Below are positions 38,277 through 52,735 of a stretch of 64,000 bases of DNA, in pieces; the first letter of the stretch is position 1; each line of letters begins with the position of its first letter. Source of the stretch: the human T2T-CHM13v2.0 reference genome, Homo sapiens. A model generated the notes under the pieces. It was not told the origin of the DNA. It ran no database searches and saw only the letters and a list, made by a program, of their open reading frames with translations. The position numbers were made by a program, and so were the translations under genes. Location of the stretch: the NCBI RefSeq assembly GCF_009914755.1, contig NC_060928.1; one strand, written 5' to 3'.

Positions 38277-39147
38277 TAAATAAAATGATCATTAATAAAT
38301 TTAACTAAGAGGTGAGAGATCTGTACACTGAAACCGTAAAATATTGATGAAAGAACTTTAAAATGACACAAATAAATGGAAAGATATCCTGTGTTCTTTG
38401 ATTGGAAGAATTAACATTGTTAAATTGCTCATAGTACCCAAAAGATCTACAGATTCAATTGAATCTCTATCAAAATTTTAATATAATTCTACACAGAAAT
38501 AAAACATAATCCCAAAATTCATATGACACCACAAAGACCCCCAGTAGCCAAAGTAATCTGAAACAAAAAGAACAAAGCTGAAGGCATCATACTACCTGAC
38601 TTTAAAATATGCTGCAAGCCTGTAGTAACCAAAACAGCATGGTACTGGCATAAAAACAGACACAGAGACCAATGAAGCAGAAAGGAGAGCCCAGAAATAA
38701 ATTCACACATTTACAGCCAACTAATTTTGGACAAAGGCACTAAGATTATACAATAAAGCACAGTTCTTTAATAAGTGGTATTGGGTAAACTAGATGTCCA
38801 CATGAAGAAGAATGAAATTAGACCTTTCTCTCTCATCATAAACAAAAATCAACTCAAAGTGGATTAATGACTTAAATGTAAAACCAGAAATTATAAAACT
38901 ACTTGAAGAAAATATAGGGGAAAAGTTCCATAACATTGGTCTGGGCAGTAATGTTTTGGATATTACCCCAAAAGCACAGGCAGCAAAAGCAGTAGCCATA
39001 GCCATGGCTATTATCAAAAATAAGAAAGATAACAAGTGTTGGCCAGAAGATGGAGAAAAGGGAACCCTGTATCCTGTTGTTGTGGATGTAAATTAGTACA
39101 GCCTTTACTGGGAAAAGTATGGAGATTCCTCAAAAAATTTGAAGATA

Positions 39148-39450
39148 CAGGAGCCCCACTTCTCCAAAGTTGAACTTTCTGTGGTTTCAGTAGCTGGTGG
39201 TCAAGTATAGTCAAAATTTTAAGTAAAACATTCCATAAATAAACAATTCATAAGTTTGAAATCGCATGCTTTGTATACACATACAAACGGTGTATATGCT
39301 ACTTGCCCATTAATCACTTAAGAGTCACCTAGTAGCCATCTAAGTTATCAGATCAAAAAAACATAGTATGTGTAGGGTTTGGTGCTATTTGTGGTATCAG
39401 ACGTTCACTGGTGCCTTGGAACATGTCCTGCAGATAAGGGAGGACTGCTG
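39148..39450 (+). mobile_element. MER44-type MITE nested in L1
   Basis: ta|caggagcccc...cattccataaataaacaattcataagttt...gataagggaggactgctg|ta; TA target site; L1 resumes at gaactaccatatgatccagcaa. Confidence 0.85.
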
Positions 39451-40734
39451 TAGAACTACCATATGATCCAGCAACCCCACTTTTGGTTATATATGCAAAA
39501 TAATTAAAATAAAGATCCCAAAGAGGTATCTACATTTCCATGTTTATTGCAGCATTATACACAATAGTCAAGGTACTGAATCAACCTAAGCAAATGTCCA
39601 TCAGTGGATAAATAGGTGAAGAAAAAATGTGGTATTATACACAATGATATACTAGTCAGTCATAAAAAAGAAGGAAGTCCTGTCATTTGTGAGGACACAG
39701 ATGAACCAGAAGGAAATTATGTTAAGTGAAATAAGTCAGGCACAAAAAAAACTAATACTACATAAATTTCAGTCATATGTAGAATAGAAAAAAGTTGATG
39801 TCATGGAAGAAGAGAGTAGAATGGTGACTATCAAGGGCTGCGGTGGTTTGGGGGTGGGATTGGGAAGATGTTGTTAAAGGATACAAAATTTCAGTTAGAT
39901 AGAAGAAGTATGTTCAAGAGATCATTACACAACATGGCAACAATATTTAATAATATATTGTATTATTAAAAAATGCTAAGAGAGTAGATGTAAACTGTTC
40001 TCACCACCAAAGTGATTACTATGTGAGATAATGCACATGTTAATTAGTTAGAATCAGTCATTCCACAAATATGTATATACTTCAAAACATGATGCTCTAC
40101 ATGGTAAGTTCATACAATTTTATCTATTAATTTTTTTAAAGAAAGAGGGGAAGCTAGAAGCCTAGATAATTAGACATACAGTCAGTTACAGGGAAAAAGC
40201 AAGACTACCCTAATCTTAATGTAAATTTACCTAAAACATTAAACTAGCTCTTAAATTTTGCCCAGTGTGGAAGATAATTATTTCTAGGGCACTAGATGGG
40301 GAAAAGAATATAGATGTAGGTAAAAACACCAAAGTTTTGGGCGGTTGCAGGCTTGTCATATGGAAAATCAGAGGATCATTATAACCACCTTTTCTCTTGA
40401 ACCATATAAATCTATACTAAGGCCTGGCGATCCACCAATCTCCCTAAAGTGCAGCTATCATCAGCCAATTTGTCTCTCAAAGCCCTGAATGGATTACAGA
40501 ATTACATACAACCTTTTCAGCACAACATCATATGACCCAACTTTCCTTTGCAGCCTTCATCTCAATATAGTCCTATGTGTACCTAGTGCTCCAATGAAAT
40601 GGATTCTGAAACACACTGTGTATTTTCCTGCCTCCAATATTTTGCTCTTACAATGCTTTTTCCTCTGGGAATCCTTCCCACCTTATAGACTTGTTGCAAC
40701 TGGCTCCTTCAAGGCTCATCTCAAATGCAATTTC

Positions 40735-43505
40735 ATTGTATGGTGCTACAATATCAATTCAGTGGAATTTGTAGGTCCAGAAACCAAGGGATAAAGTAGA
40801 AGTTGTCCCACTTACTATTATTGCCAGTGACACTTGGGAAATTTGTGCATATCGCCCTCATAGGTTTAGACTTAGTAGGTTTGGAGGTCTTAGTTCCAAG
40901 ATAGTAACACTTCCACCAGGGGGCATAATAAAATTCCCATCGAAGTGGTTAAAATTTCATTTTACTGAGGTGTAATTTACATACTGTAAAATTTACCCTT
41001 TTACTGTATAATTTGACTAGCTTTATCAAGTATATTAATTGAGTAACCACTAAATCAAGATATAGAACAATTCCATCACCCCAAAATATTGCCTCATGCT
41101 CCTCTGAGGTCAACTCCTACTCTATTCTCGATGCCTAGCAACCACTGATAATATTTTCTGTCCTATGGTTTTGTCTTTTCCAGAATGGAATCATGAAACA
41201 TGTAACCCTCTGAGTCTGATGTCTTTCATTTCCCATACTGTATGTTGTTAAATATATCAGTAGTTAATTCCTTTTTATGCTAAGTAGTATTCCATTGTTT
41301 GAAAGTACTACTTTGTTATCAATTGAGCAGTTGAAACACATTTTCATAGTTTACATTTTGGGCTATTGTGAATAAAGATGCTGTAAATATTCATTTACAA
41401 GTGTTTCTGTACTTATGTGTGAACATAAGTTTTCATTTGTTTTCAGTGAATAGGAGAGAGATTGGTGGGTCATACAGTAAGTGTAAGTTTACTTTTACAA
41501 GAAATTTCCCAACTGTGTTTGAAAGTGGCTCTTCCATCTGCATTCACATTAGCAATGTTTGAGACTTCCAGCTATTCTAAATCCTTTCCAGACCTTGGTA
41601 GGTACAGTGGTTTTTTGGTGGTGTTTGTTTGTTTGTTTGTTTCAGACATTAGTTGATTTAGTAGTATTCCCTTGTGGTTTCAATTTGCTTTTCTTTAATG
41701 ACTAATGATGTTGAGCATCTTTTCATGTACTTATTTTCCATCTTTATATCTCCTTTGGCAAAGTGTCTCTTTAAATATGTTTCTTTATATTCAGTTATTT
41801 TGTTTTCTTATTTAATTTTGAAAGTTATTTATATATTCTAGACACAATTTCCATATCACACATGTGTTTTGCAAATATTTTCTTCCCACCTTTTAATTCT
41901 CTTAATAATGTCTTTCAAGAAGCAGAGGATTCCAAATTTGATAGTCTAATTTACAATTTTTATGAATCTTGCTTTTAGTATCATAGCTAAGGAAATCTTT
42001 ACATAATCAAAAGTCTTGAAGACTTTCTCCATAGTTTCCTCTGGAAGTTTTATGGTTTAGATTTTCTATTTAGGTTTATGATGTATACTGAGTTAATGTT
42101 TGTATATTACGTGAGGTATAGGTTGAAGTTCATTATTTTGCAAATGGATATCCAGTTTTTCCAGTATCTTTTGTTAAAAAGATTACCTTTCTGCAATGAA
42201 TTGTCTTTGCACCCTTGCCAACATCACATGGCCATCCTACTTCTGTGAGCCTATTTCTGAAGTTACCAATCTTTTCTAGCCACTTATATACCTGTCCTTT
42301 ACCTAGACCACACTCACTGAATTACTCTAGTTAATACAAAGTCTTAAAATCACACAGTGTGAATTTTCTAACGTTGTTCATTTAGAAAATATTATTGTGG
42401 CTATTTTAGTTCCTTTGACTTTTCAGATTTTAAAATCAATTTACCAATTTCTATTAAAATAACTTTGATATTGATTGAAATTGCATTGAATCTATTTTCA
42501 TTTTTAAAGTAGAGATAGTGCAATTTTTAAAGTTCAGAGAAAGTCCTATTATATATTAGCCTATGAGTGTTGCTAGTCACTCTTGGCTCTTCATGCCAAT
42601 AAACCAGGAGACAAAAAAAAAAAAAAGTCACACTTCTTGTAATGTCTTCAGTCCTAATTGCCACAAGGAGGTTGGGACAGAGAATAATACGTTTGCAACC
42701 TGATGATCCCTTGGGTATTTCCTTGTACTCTCCCACCCAATGTTAACGGTAAATACACAAGTGCAGTAGTGTACCTTGGCCTGAGAAGGGCATAGGAATC
42801 AAGGGCTCAGACCTGTTAGGGATTTGGGTCAGTCCACCAGGTAAGGCCTTGAACAGTAGAGGTTCCAGTCTAGAGTGAGTGTAAACCAGAATGAACAGAA
42901 GATGAAGGACAACCTGAGTGTCAGTTGCAGCCTCAAATTTTGCTGCAGGCACAGAACTGAAGTTCGTCAGACTAATTTTCCTCTTTTATGTTTCCCCAGG
43001 AAGAGAGACTACCCATAATCCAGAAAGAGCTATTCCTAGATGCGGTCAATTACTATGTAAAGCAAGTGAATCTGGGTGGACCCATGATACAGCACCTAGG
43101 TTACCGTTTCAGGCCCCAGGAACTCATTGCCACAGCTGCCAGCAGTGTTGGCTGCTAATAGCTCATAGATGCATCCTTCTCTTGGCACAACCTAGATGGC
43201 AGATGGGAGCTGCCTCTTTCAAGTTATACTTCTACCCAGAAAAAGTCTGCATCCAGTAATTAAGCCCTTTCCCTTCTCTGATCCCAGGATAAGTTCAAAG
43301 GGTTGGTCATTCCAGGGTCTTTCCAAGGCTCTCCCTATGGGTCGTCTGAGGCCTCTATTGCAATTACTTTTCAATTCAACTTCTCCCTCTGCCCACCTGC
43401 TTTTCCCATTTTCATGCAGGATCATTTCCAAGAGTACTTTCCAATAAACTTCCTGAATGTAAATCTGCTCAGAATCTGTTTCCTGGGTCTTCTGTCCAAA
43501 GATGT
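40735..43505 (+). mobile_element. ERVL internal 3' remnant plus LTR16-like LTR, split by antisense L1
   Basis: ERVL-like ggtccagaaaccaaggg...ggaggtcttagttcc...cttccaccaggg; LTR16-like end ccaataaacttcctgaatgtaaatc..ctcagaatctgtttcctggg. Confidence 0.6.
40950..42505 (-). mobile_element. L1MB/MC-type 3' portion (antisense)
   Basis: atagaacaattccatcacccc; actaatgatgttgagcatcttttcatg; ttgattgaaattgcattgaatcta. Confidence 0.85.
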
Positions 43506-43675
43506 ACCTGCATGCATCCCATCTCTAGAGTTCCTCTTTGAGTAAGTCTGAGGTACAGTCTAGGCTTATGCAGCCTTTGCATTTCCCCAGCTATTTAAGA
43601 TGTTAACTCCTGTTAAAAAACCATAAGTGTTTAGAGTGAGTTTGGTAGTAACATTAAAAATATATGCCATTTATT

Positions 43676-46600
43676 AGCAAGAATATTCAGGACTTGAACT
43701 CAGCACTAGAACAAGCAGACCTAATAGACATCTACAGAACTCTCCACCTCAAATCAACAGAATATACATTCTTCTCAGCACCATATCACACTTATTCTAA
43801 AATTGACCACATAATTGAAAGTAAAACACTCCTCAGCAAGTGCAAAAGAATGGAAATTATAACAGTCTCTCAGAATGGAGTGCAATGAAATTAGACCTCA
43901 GGATTAAGAAACTCACTCAAAACTGCACAACTACATAGAAACTGAACAACCTGCTCCTAAATGACTACTGGGTAAATAACAAAATTAAAGAAGAAATAAA
44001 TCAATGAGAACAAAGAGGTAACGTACCAGAATCTCTGGGACACAGCTAAAGCAGTGTTTAGAGGAAAATTTATAGCACTAAATGCCCACAAGAGAAAGCA
44101 GGAAAGATCTAAAATCGACACCCTAAAATCACAATTAAAAGAACTAGAGAAGCAAGAGCAAACAAATTCAAAAGCTAGTGGAAGACAAGAATAACTAACA
44201 TCAGAGCAGAACTGAAGGAGATAGAGACATGAAAAACCCTTCAAAAAATCAGTGAATCCAGGAGGTGGTTTTTTGAAAAGATCAACAAAATAGATAGACC
44301 ACTAGCCAGACTAATAAAGAAGAGAAGAATCAAATAGATGCAATGAAAATGATAAAGGTAATATCACCACTGATACCACAGAAATACAAACCACCGTCAG
44401 AGAATACTATAAACACCTCTATGCAAATAAACTAGAAAATCTAGAAGAAATGGATAAATTCCTGGACACAGACACCTTCCCAAGTATAAACTAGGAAGAA
44501 GGCGATTCCCTGAATAGACCAATAACAAGTTCTGAAATTGAGGCAGTAATTAATATCCTACCAATCAAAAAAAGTCCAGGACCAGACAGATTTACATCTG
44601 ATTTCTACCACAGGTACAAAAAGGAGCTGGTACCATTCCTTCTGAAACTATTCCAAACAACAGAAAAAGAGGGAATCCTCCATAATTCATTTTATGAGGC
44701 CATTATCCTGATACCAAAATCTGGCAGAGAAAGAAACAAAAAAATAAAATTTCAGGCCAATATCCCTGATGAACATCAATGCGAAAATCCTCAATAAAAT
44801 GCTGTCAAACTGAATCCAGCAGCACATCAAAAAGCTTATCCACCACAATCAAGTCAGCTTCATCCCTGGGACGCAAGTCTGGTTCAACATACATAATTCA
44901 ATAAGTGTAATCCATCACATAAACAGAACCAATGACAAAAATCACATGATTATCTTAATAGATGCAGAAAAGGACTTTGACAAAACTCAACATCCTTCAT
45001 GCTAAAAACTCTCAATAAACTAGTTATTTATGGAATGTATCTCAAAATAATAAGAACTGTTTACGACAAACCCACAGCCAATATCATATTGAATGGGCAA
45101 AAACTGGAAGTATTCCCTTTGAAAACTGGTACAAGACAAGGATGCCCTCTCTCACCACTCCTATTCAACATAGTGTTGGAAGTTCTGGCCAGGGCAATCA
45201 GGCAAGAGAAAGAAATAAATGGTATTCAAATAGAAAGAGAGGAAGTCAAATTGTCTCTGTTTGCAGATGACATGATTGTATATTTATAAAACCCCATTGT
45301 CTCAGCTCAGAATCTCCTTAAGCTGATAAGCAACTTCAGCAAAAGTCTCAGGATACAAAATGAATGTGCAAAAATCACAAGCATTCCTATACACCAAAAA
45401 CAGACAGAGAGCCAATCATGAGTGAACTCCCATTCACAATTGCTACAAAGAGAATAAAATACCTAGGAATACAACTTACAAGGGATGTGAAGGACCTCTT
45501 CAAGGAGAACTACAAACCACTGCTCAAGGAAAAAGGAGAGGACACAAACGAATGGAAAAACATTCCATGCTCATAGACAGGAAGAATCAACATTAAAATG
45601 GCCATACTGCCCAAAGTAATTTATAGAGCGAATACTATCCCCAACAAGCTACCATTCACTTTCTTCACAGAATTGGAAAAAACTACTTTAAATTTCATAT
45701 GGAACTGAAAATGAGCCCATATAGCCAAGACAATCCTAAGTAAAAAGAACAAAGCTGGAGGCATCACACTACCTGACTTCAAACTATACTACAAGGCTAT
45801 AGTAACAAAAACAGCATGGTACTGGTACCTAAACAGATATATAGACCAATGGAACATAACAGAGCCCTCAGAAATAACACCACACATCTACAACCATCTG
45901 ATCTTTGAGAAAACTGACAAAAACAAGCAGTGGGCAAAGTATTTCCTACTTAAGAAATGGTGTTGGGAAAACTGGCTAGCCATATGCAGAAAACTGAAAC
46001 TGGAACCCTTTCTTACACCTTATGCAAAAATTAACTCAAGATGGATTAAAGACTTAAACGTAAGACCTAAAACCATAAAAAACCCTAGAAGAAAACTTAG
46101 GCCATACCATTTAGGACATAGGCATGGGCGCAGACTTCATTACCAAAACACCAAAAGCAATGGCAACAAACGCCAAAATTGACAAATAGAATATAATTAA
46201 ACTAAAGAGCTTCTGCACAGCAAAAGAAACTATCATCAGAGTGAACATGCAATCTACAGAATAGGAGAAAATTTTTGCAATCTATCCATCTGACAAACAG
46301 CTAATATCCAGAATCTACAAAGAACTTAAACAGATGTACAAGAAAAAAACAAACAACCCCATCAAAAAGTGGGCAAAGGATATGAACAGACACTTCTCAA
46401 AAGAAGACATTTATGCAGCTAACAAACATATGTAAAAAAGCTCATCATCACTGGTCATCAGAGAAATGCAAATCAAAACCACAATGAGATACTATCCCAT
46501 TGTAGTTAGAATGGCAATCATTAAAAAGTCAGGAAACAACAGATGCTGGAGAGGGTGGGGAGAAATAGGAACGCTTTTATACTGTTGGTTGGAGTGTAAA

Positions 46601-47193
46601 TTAGTTCAACTATTGTGGAAGACAGCATGGTGATTCCTCAAGGATCTAGAACTAGAAATACCATTTGACCCAGCAATCCCATTACCGTGTAATACCCAAA
46701 GGATTATAAATCATTCTAGTATAAAGACACAGGCACATGCATGTTTATTGTGGCACTGTTCACAATAGCAAAGACTTGGAACCAACCCAAATGCCCATCA
46801 ATGATAGTCTAGATAAAGAAAATGTGGCACATATACACCATGGAATACTATGCAGCCATAAAAAAGGATGAGTTCATGTCTTTTGCAGGGACATGGATGA
46901 AGCTGGAAACCATCATTCTTAGCAAACTAACACAGGAACAGAAAACCAAACACTACATGTCCTCACTCATAAATGGGGGTTGAACAATGAGAACACATGG
47001 CCACAGGGAGGGGAACATCATATACTGGGGTCTGCCAGGGTTTAGGGGCTAGGAGAGGGATAGCATTAGGAGAAATACCTAGTGTAGATGACGGGTTGAT
47101 GGTGCAGCAAACCACTATGGCACACGTATACCTATGTAACAAACCTGCACGTTCTGCACATGTATCCCAGAACTTAAAGTACAATAAAAAAAA
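43676..47193 (+). mobile_element. 5'-truncated L1PA (approx. L1PA8), about 3.5 kb, ORF2 disrupted
   Basis: ORF2 peptides (DLIDIYRTLH; [21 protein letters not shown]; [10 protein letters not shown]); 3'UTR and A tail. Confidence 0.95.
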
Positions 47194-47629
47194 GCTTTTA
47201 AAAGAAGAAAAGTAACTTTAAAAAAAGGTGTAGAACATATGAGGAAAGAGTCTTGTCATGTTGAGACCAATTAATGGTAACAATATACATTTATCTTTTC
47301 AGTAGAAATACAAATATGAAGGCAGGCTATTATGACATTATTTATTAGAATACTATGATGACAGGCTGCCACATTAAACCCACAGGCCTAATAATTGGCC
47401 ATTAGAGATATAATAAAAATTGAGTCAGTTCAGAGGGGTCTACCGTATCAGCCCTCTAGTCCTGTAACAAGCCTGGTTCCTGCCAGTTAACAAAACAAAT
47501 CCTATTTTGCTAGAATAAATATTTACTTCATGATACCCGATAATATGCAAGTAGTAACAAATATTCAAACCCCTCCTGAGAGGGGGTTATTAGATGGTGT
47601 TATAGTCTGTAGCCAGCACGTGTCTCCCA

Positions 47630-47765
47630 TTAGACAACTGAGTGTGTGTGATCTTAAGAAAATCACTTCGCACCTCTTGGCCTCATTTACTTATTTTACA
47701 AATTTAGATTTGGAACTAGGTATCCCTTAGGTTTATTTTGGCTCTGAAAGACTATGATTCTATGA
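47630..47765 (+). mobile_element. MIR3-like SINE fragment
   Basis: gtgatcttaagaaaatcactt..cctcttggcctcattt...gctctgaaagactatgattctatga. Confidence 0.6.
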
Positions 47766-50700
47766 TACACTGCTCCAGGAAAGACTAATTAGAAGACAGA
47801 CTTGACACTCAACGTAAGAGGATATAAAAAGGGTTAGTGAAAGAAAAACTGTTTATATCATACAACCAACCATTCACAAGTTAAATTTTTAATCTGTGTT
47901 TTGAACTGGAAGAAATGCTAGAAAGATTGTCCTCAAATGGCTTCATCTTAAACATGAGTAGCTGATCTGAAGTTAGACCATCCTTGGAGCATTTAGAAAG
48001 TTGAATGTCTCATCTACTCAAACATTTGTTGTGGTGTTTTTTTTTCCTTTAGCTGTGCAATAAAGAATTGTATAAAATATTCCTGAATCATCTTTCCAAG
48101 ATACATTAATTTATCTTCTCTAATCCTTAACAATTCCTTTCAGTAATAAGACTGGGGAAATTATTCTACTGTTCTAACCAAAAAAGGAAAATAAAGTTTA
48201 AGGAAGAAGTCATTTCCTTACTAATAAAAACAGATTCCCTTTCATCTACTTCAGTTTATTTTTACCTCTCAAGAGACCACTGACACAATTAGCTATCCAG
48301 ACCCCTGGACCAGAGATTTCTCAGAAAGAAGCCATTACAACTTACAGGAAGCACAGGAGGGCTTTTATATGCTTTATACAGGTTTATATATTATACACCT
48401 GCATGTGATTTCTTTGGAGGAAAGGGTCCTGCTGCCTTAGCAAGTGAGGAAAACATCTATCTAGACCTCAAAGGCTTGACAAGACACAGTACACTTTCTT
48501 TAAAGGAGGAATCCTAATGAGATTAGTGCAGTCCCTTAAAAGTTTCTTGGAAATAGTGAGGGTATTTGTTTGTCCTCTGGTAAAGTCTTGCATGGGTATT
48601 TACCTATTGCTAGGCAAATTATTTTATAATAGCTTATTTCCTTTTTAATGTTTAATTTATGGCACTAGAGTTTTTTAAAATTATGTATAGGTAGATTGTA
48701 TTACTCCTGAATTTTATTTTACATTAGTAAAGCATGCATTCCAATATAGTTGTTGTGTAGTAAGGTTGAGAAGTGCCAATTAAAATAAACACCATTACAG
48801 GGGTCACATGTGGTTGGCATGCATTTAACCATAGGCAGTCTGTTCTGTGACACCATCAACACCTCAAACCCATACATAGGATTAAGATCTATAAGATGAA
48901 AAGTTGACAAGCCCTTATCTAGCAGAGAGTACTCTCTATCGGATAACTTTTCAGGCTATTTATATGAGATTCAATGCTTACTCAGGAAATACTAATGATC
49001 ACCATCATTTACCAAGAGAGAATTATCTCTCAGTCAGGCAAGTGGGCATTAATAGAGCTGTATACCCTTCAATAGTACTCCCTGTGTCAAAACGTTAAAA
49101 AAAAAATAGATACCCTACGGTATTATCTAGACATTAGAGACTTAAGCAATTAAATTTAGAAATAAATGGCAACTCTTAGTGAAGACCTGGCTTCTCTTTC
49201 ATCTATTCCATTTTATTTTCAGCAATGGACAAGCTGGCTGGTTTTAGCTAGCCATACCCTTCATCCACTTTGAGTTCTGATTTAGAGCTATAACATCACC
49301 ATGCATGAAACTAGTTACAAATCTTAGCCAGTGAATTCAAACTAGACTTCATTATTTTTAGACTAATTTTAAAATGGCATTTTAACATAAAATATTAAAA
49401 CTCCACATATTTATATTAATTTGAGTTCCTCATTTTGTGCCAAGTACCCCAGCCAAGAAATCAATAGGAAAGCAAATCAAAATATTTCTTAGCTACACTG
49501 CATTCCAAAATTACCTACACCGTGCCAAATCCTATTGCCCATTCTTACCTATCATATCCCTCAAGGGAAGCACTTCAGCTAACATTATAATTTGTTTTAA
49601 CTTTGCTTCCAAATCAAAAAGGCATTTACTTCTCCCTCTAAAATATACATTGCTAAACAACCTGATTCTTTGTTTATAGCTGGGTATTTATCTATAAAAA
49701 ACCATGAAAAATAAAAAGATGCAAAATTCTAGAATCAAAGGGTTCTACTTGACATGAAACAGTTTTCAGCAAGTACATAATTTAAGCCTCTTTAGTTAAT
49801 GAGTTACCTGCATGCTATTTAGAAGTGGAAGTCACTTTTTTAAAAAGCACCTTTCATACAAATTATTTTTACTAGAGATGTATTGATTCACCAAATACAG
49901 TTCTACAGTTAGGCTGCCAATACTAAAAATATCCTTTCCACCAACTGTCTCCCTATTTCTGTCTCCCAAGCATCTCATTTTGGCTTTGGGCTTAGGACTA
50001 GGTTCTTGAAACACCAGGACAAACTGGAGCTGATTAGGTGGCCATAGTTCACTTCCCATGGCTATCATAGTAGATGGGCTTTACAAACACCCACGACACT
50101 CAAACATCCATGACACAAAAGTAAGCCAGACACTTTTTACAGACATTCATGAAAGTCAGAAAATCCAAATATTATTTCCCCTTCAATAAATTCTCTTGAG
50201 GAAACCCCTTCTCAGGAGCCAAGAAGAATAGTTCCGTCAAGACCCATTTATACGAAAGGCTGCTGGGGCGGTTGAGTTTTCATTCAAGTCTATATATAAT
50301 GCATGTAATTACATTATGTCAGCCGCATGCATAAAATCCTACTTTCCTGTAGTTTTACTCAGTATATATTCTTATTGACTGTAATTGCATGGCCCTTTAA
50401 ACAGTCTAAGGCACACACTTATGTTACCATCCTTTTTTGAAACTCTGTACAGTGTTCTAATGAGCCATGGATCTGAAGTCAATGTCGTTTCCTAGCACAG
50501 CCATTATAGGCCTATGATCACATAGTGAAGAGAAGCATCCTGTTCAGAGCAAGTGATTCCACTTAACCTGGAGATGCCAGGACCTAAGGTCTTAAATAGA
50601 GAAGAGCCCACTGAACCAAACTAGACTTCACAAAATTCTAAATATAGTTCAGGTGAAGTACAAGGCAGAAAAGGTCAAGTGTTTAAAGCTTAAAATCAAA

Positions 50701-52735
50701 TAACGAATTTAAAAGTGGCATTAATTTTGGCATTAAAGAAAACATCTGGATAACTCGAGATGGAGTGAGAGAGAGCATGATAGAAGAGGAAGGGAGAGTG
50801 ACAGAGGAAGGGAAGAAAGAAAGAAAGAAAACGAAAACCAAAAGGTTTTCAAGGTAGTGGATGCCTGCAAACGCCAAAGAAATGAAGGTTGCTAGCGATG
50901 AAAGAGAAAAAATAGCAATAATAGGAATGTTAATAGTAGAAGAATAAGGCAGGTGACTTGTCCTAATTTTCTAATAATCTGCCTTGAAATTTCTTAAAAT
51001 TCAACATGACAAATTGTATTGTATGGCATCCTAATGCTCCATGTGCATTCAATCTTAATAAATATGGCTGGCAGATATTGCTGTCTATGCTTTACCATAT
51101 TTCATTATGTATACTTACCTAAAATTCATGCAGAAACAACTCAAAAGTTCAGTCATAAAGTGCAATTCTTTTCCTCTTCAACGTGCAAATTTAATCTTAA
51201 TGTACACCTTTGGGATGTTTGTATCCTTGTTCTTCTAAGTGCTCTGTGAGTTCTAGCCTTATCCTTGAAGCAATATCTGTAGGAAAATTATTTCATCTGC
51301 TTCTGACATTTGAAAACAAATGTTATAATGATGTGGAAAAATGATTTTACAAGAAGTTAATTTATTCTACCAATTTCCACAATTTCTCTAGGTTTATTTG
51401 ACACTTTTCCCCTCCAGAGAGAATATTTAATGTAATTACTTGGCAAGAATCTTAATCTCTCCCTCTCTCTCCCTCTCTCTCTCTTTCTCTCTCCTCCCTT
51501 TTAGTTCTAAAACAATACCTACTCAATCTAAGCTTGAACACGGATTATAAAAGAAATGCCTTTTCTTTAAAAATCTAAAGTGTTGTATCTTTTTTTGAAG
51601 ACTGTCATTCGTGTCAATCAAAAAAACTCTGAAAAAGAAGGGATATTTCTATAATATATTGCAAATACAATAATATCCTTAAAAGTAATTAAATTACATC
51701 GCTGATAAAATAATTATTATATTGTGTTTTTCATGAAAATAGCATTGCTAATTCACCAATAACATTTTATACCTAAAACAGTGTCACTTTCATGCAAAGA
51801 CTATAACAACTGTATCTTTGCATGAAAGGTTTTCTCTATTGCATGAGAGCAGAAAATATTCTCTCAGAGTATTAATATGTGAAGTTAAAAATGTCCTCCA
51901 TCCAGGGACTCTGATCATGGGACTCTGAGAGAAAGGCAATGAATTGATATTTGGGATTTTATCCTCAAAAAGAAGAGTATTCTGTTTTGGAAATTTGATG
52001 TTATAAAAAATACTTAATATAAAGTACCTTTGGCATCTATAAGATATCCATTAGTAGGTATAAAAACGGTACTTTAGCTTTTGGAACAGTAAAGGAGAGT
52101 ATATTGTACAGTAAATGCATTGTAACAATTATATATTATGTATATGCATATACACATATATATGTGCTGAATGGACAGTCTCAAAAAGATGTGTCTCTTA
52201 GTATTTGAGATAGATGATTTCCTAGATAAGCAAAGTTTAGCTCAGCTGAAGCTTGTCTTATTCATTTTTTGCTTCTTTAGTCATAGTGCCCATGAACTCC
52301 TAAGTCTCCTTTAAAACAGTACATGCATATTAGATATACAAGCAACCCACTGTAATTAAATGTTGTCACCCTGAAATAAAAGGATATCTTTTCTCAACGT
52401 GCTTTGTTTGTATTTCTTTGGCAGGAGAGGAGGAATACCAGTTGTTCTATAAAAGCTTATGTAAGGTATTGAGAGCACAAAACAGGAATTTTTGTAACAG
52501 TGGAACAAAACAAAGTACTAAAGAGAGTGAAAGGACTTTCCCCATCAGGCAATGGGAGGACACTGGTGTACAAAATGAGCATGGTCATTTAAACAGGACA
52601 CCAGACAGGTTTCCATGTGGAGGGAAACAGATGCAGCACAGAGTATCTGGCTTTGGTGGCTTCCAAGGGCCATCAGAGAAACATGCTGTAGGAGAGAAAA
52701 ATGCTATCTACCGCTTGGAAGCTAGCAGGACTAGT

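Larger units (their letters stand above)
37078..40142 (+). mobile_element. 5'-truncated L1MA-type element with nested Alu and MER44
   Basis: RT-like ORF fragments ([16 protein letters not shown]; LFAGDLFLHIENP); L1MA 3'UTR (gctaagagagtagatgtaaactgttctcaccac). Confidence 0.9.
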
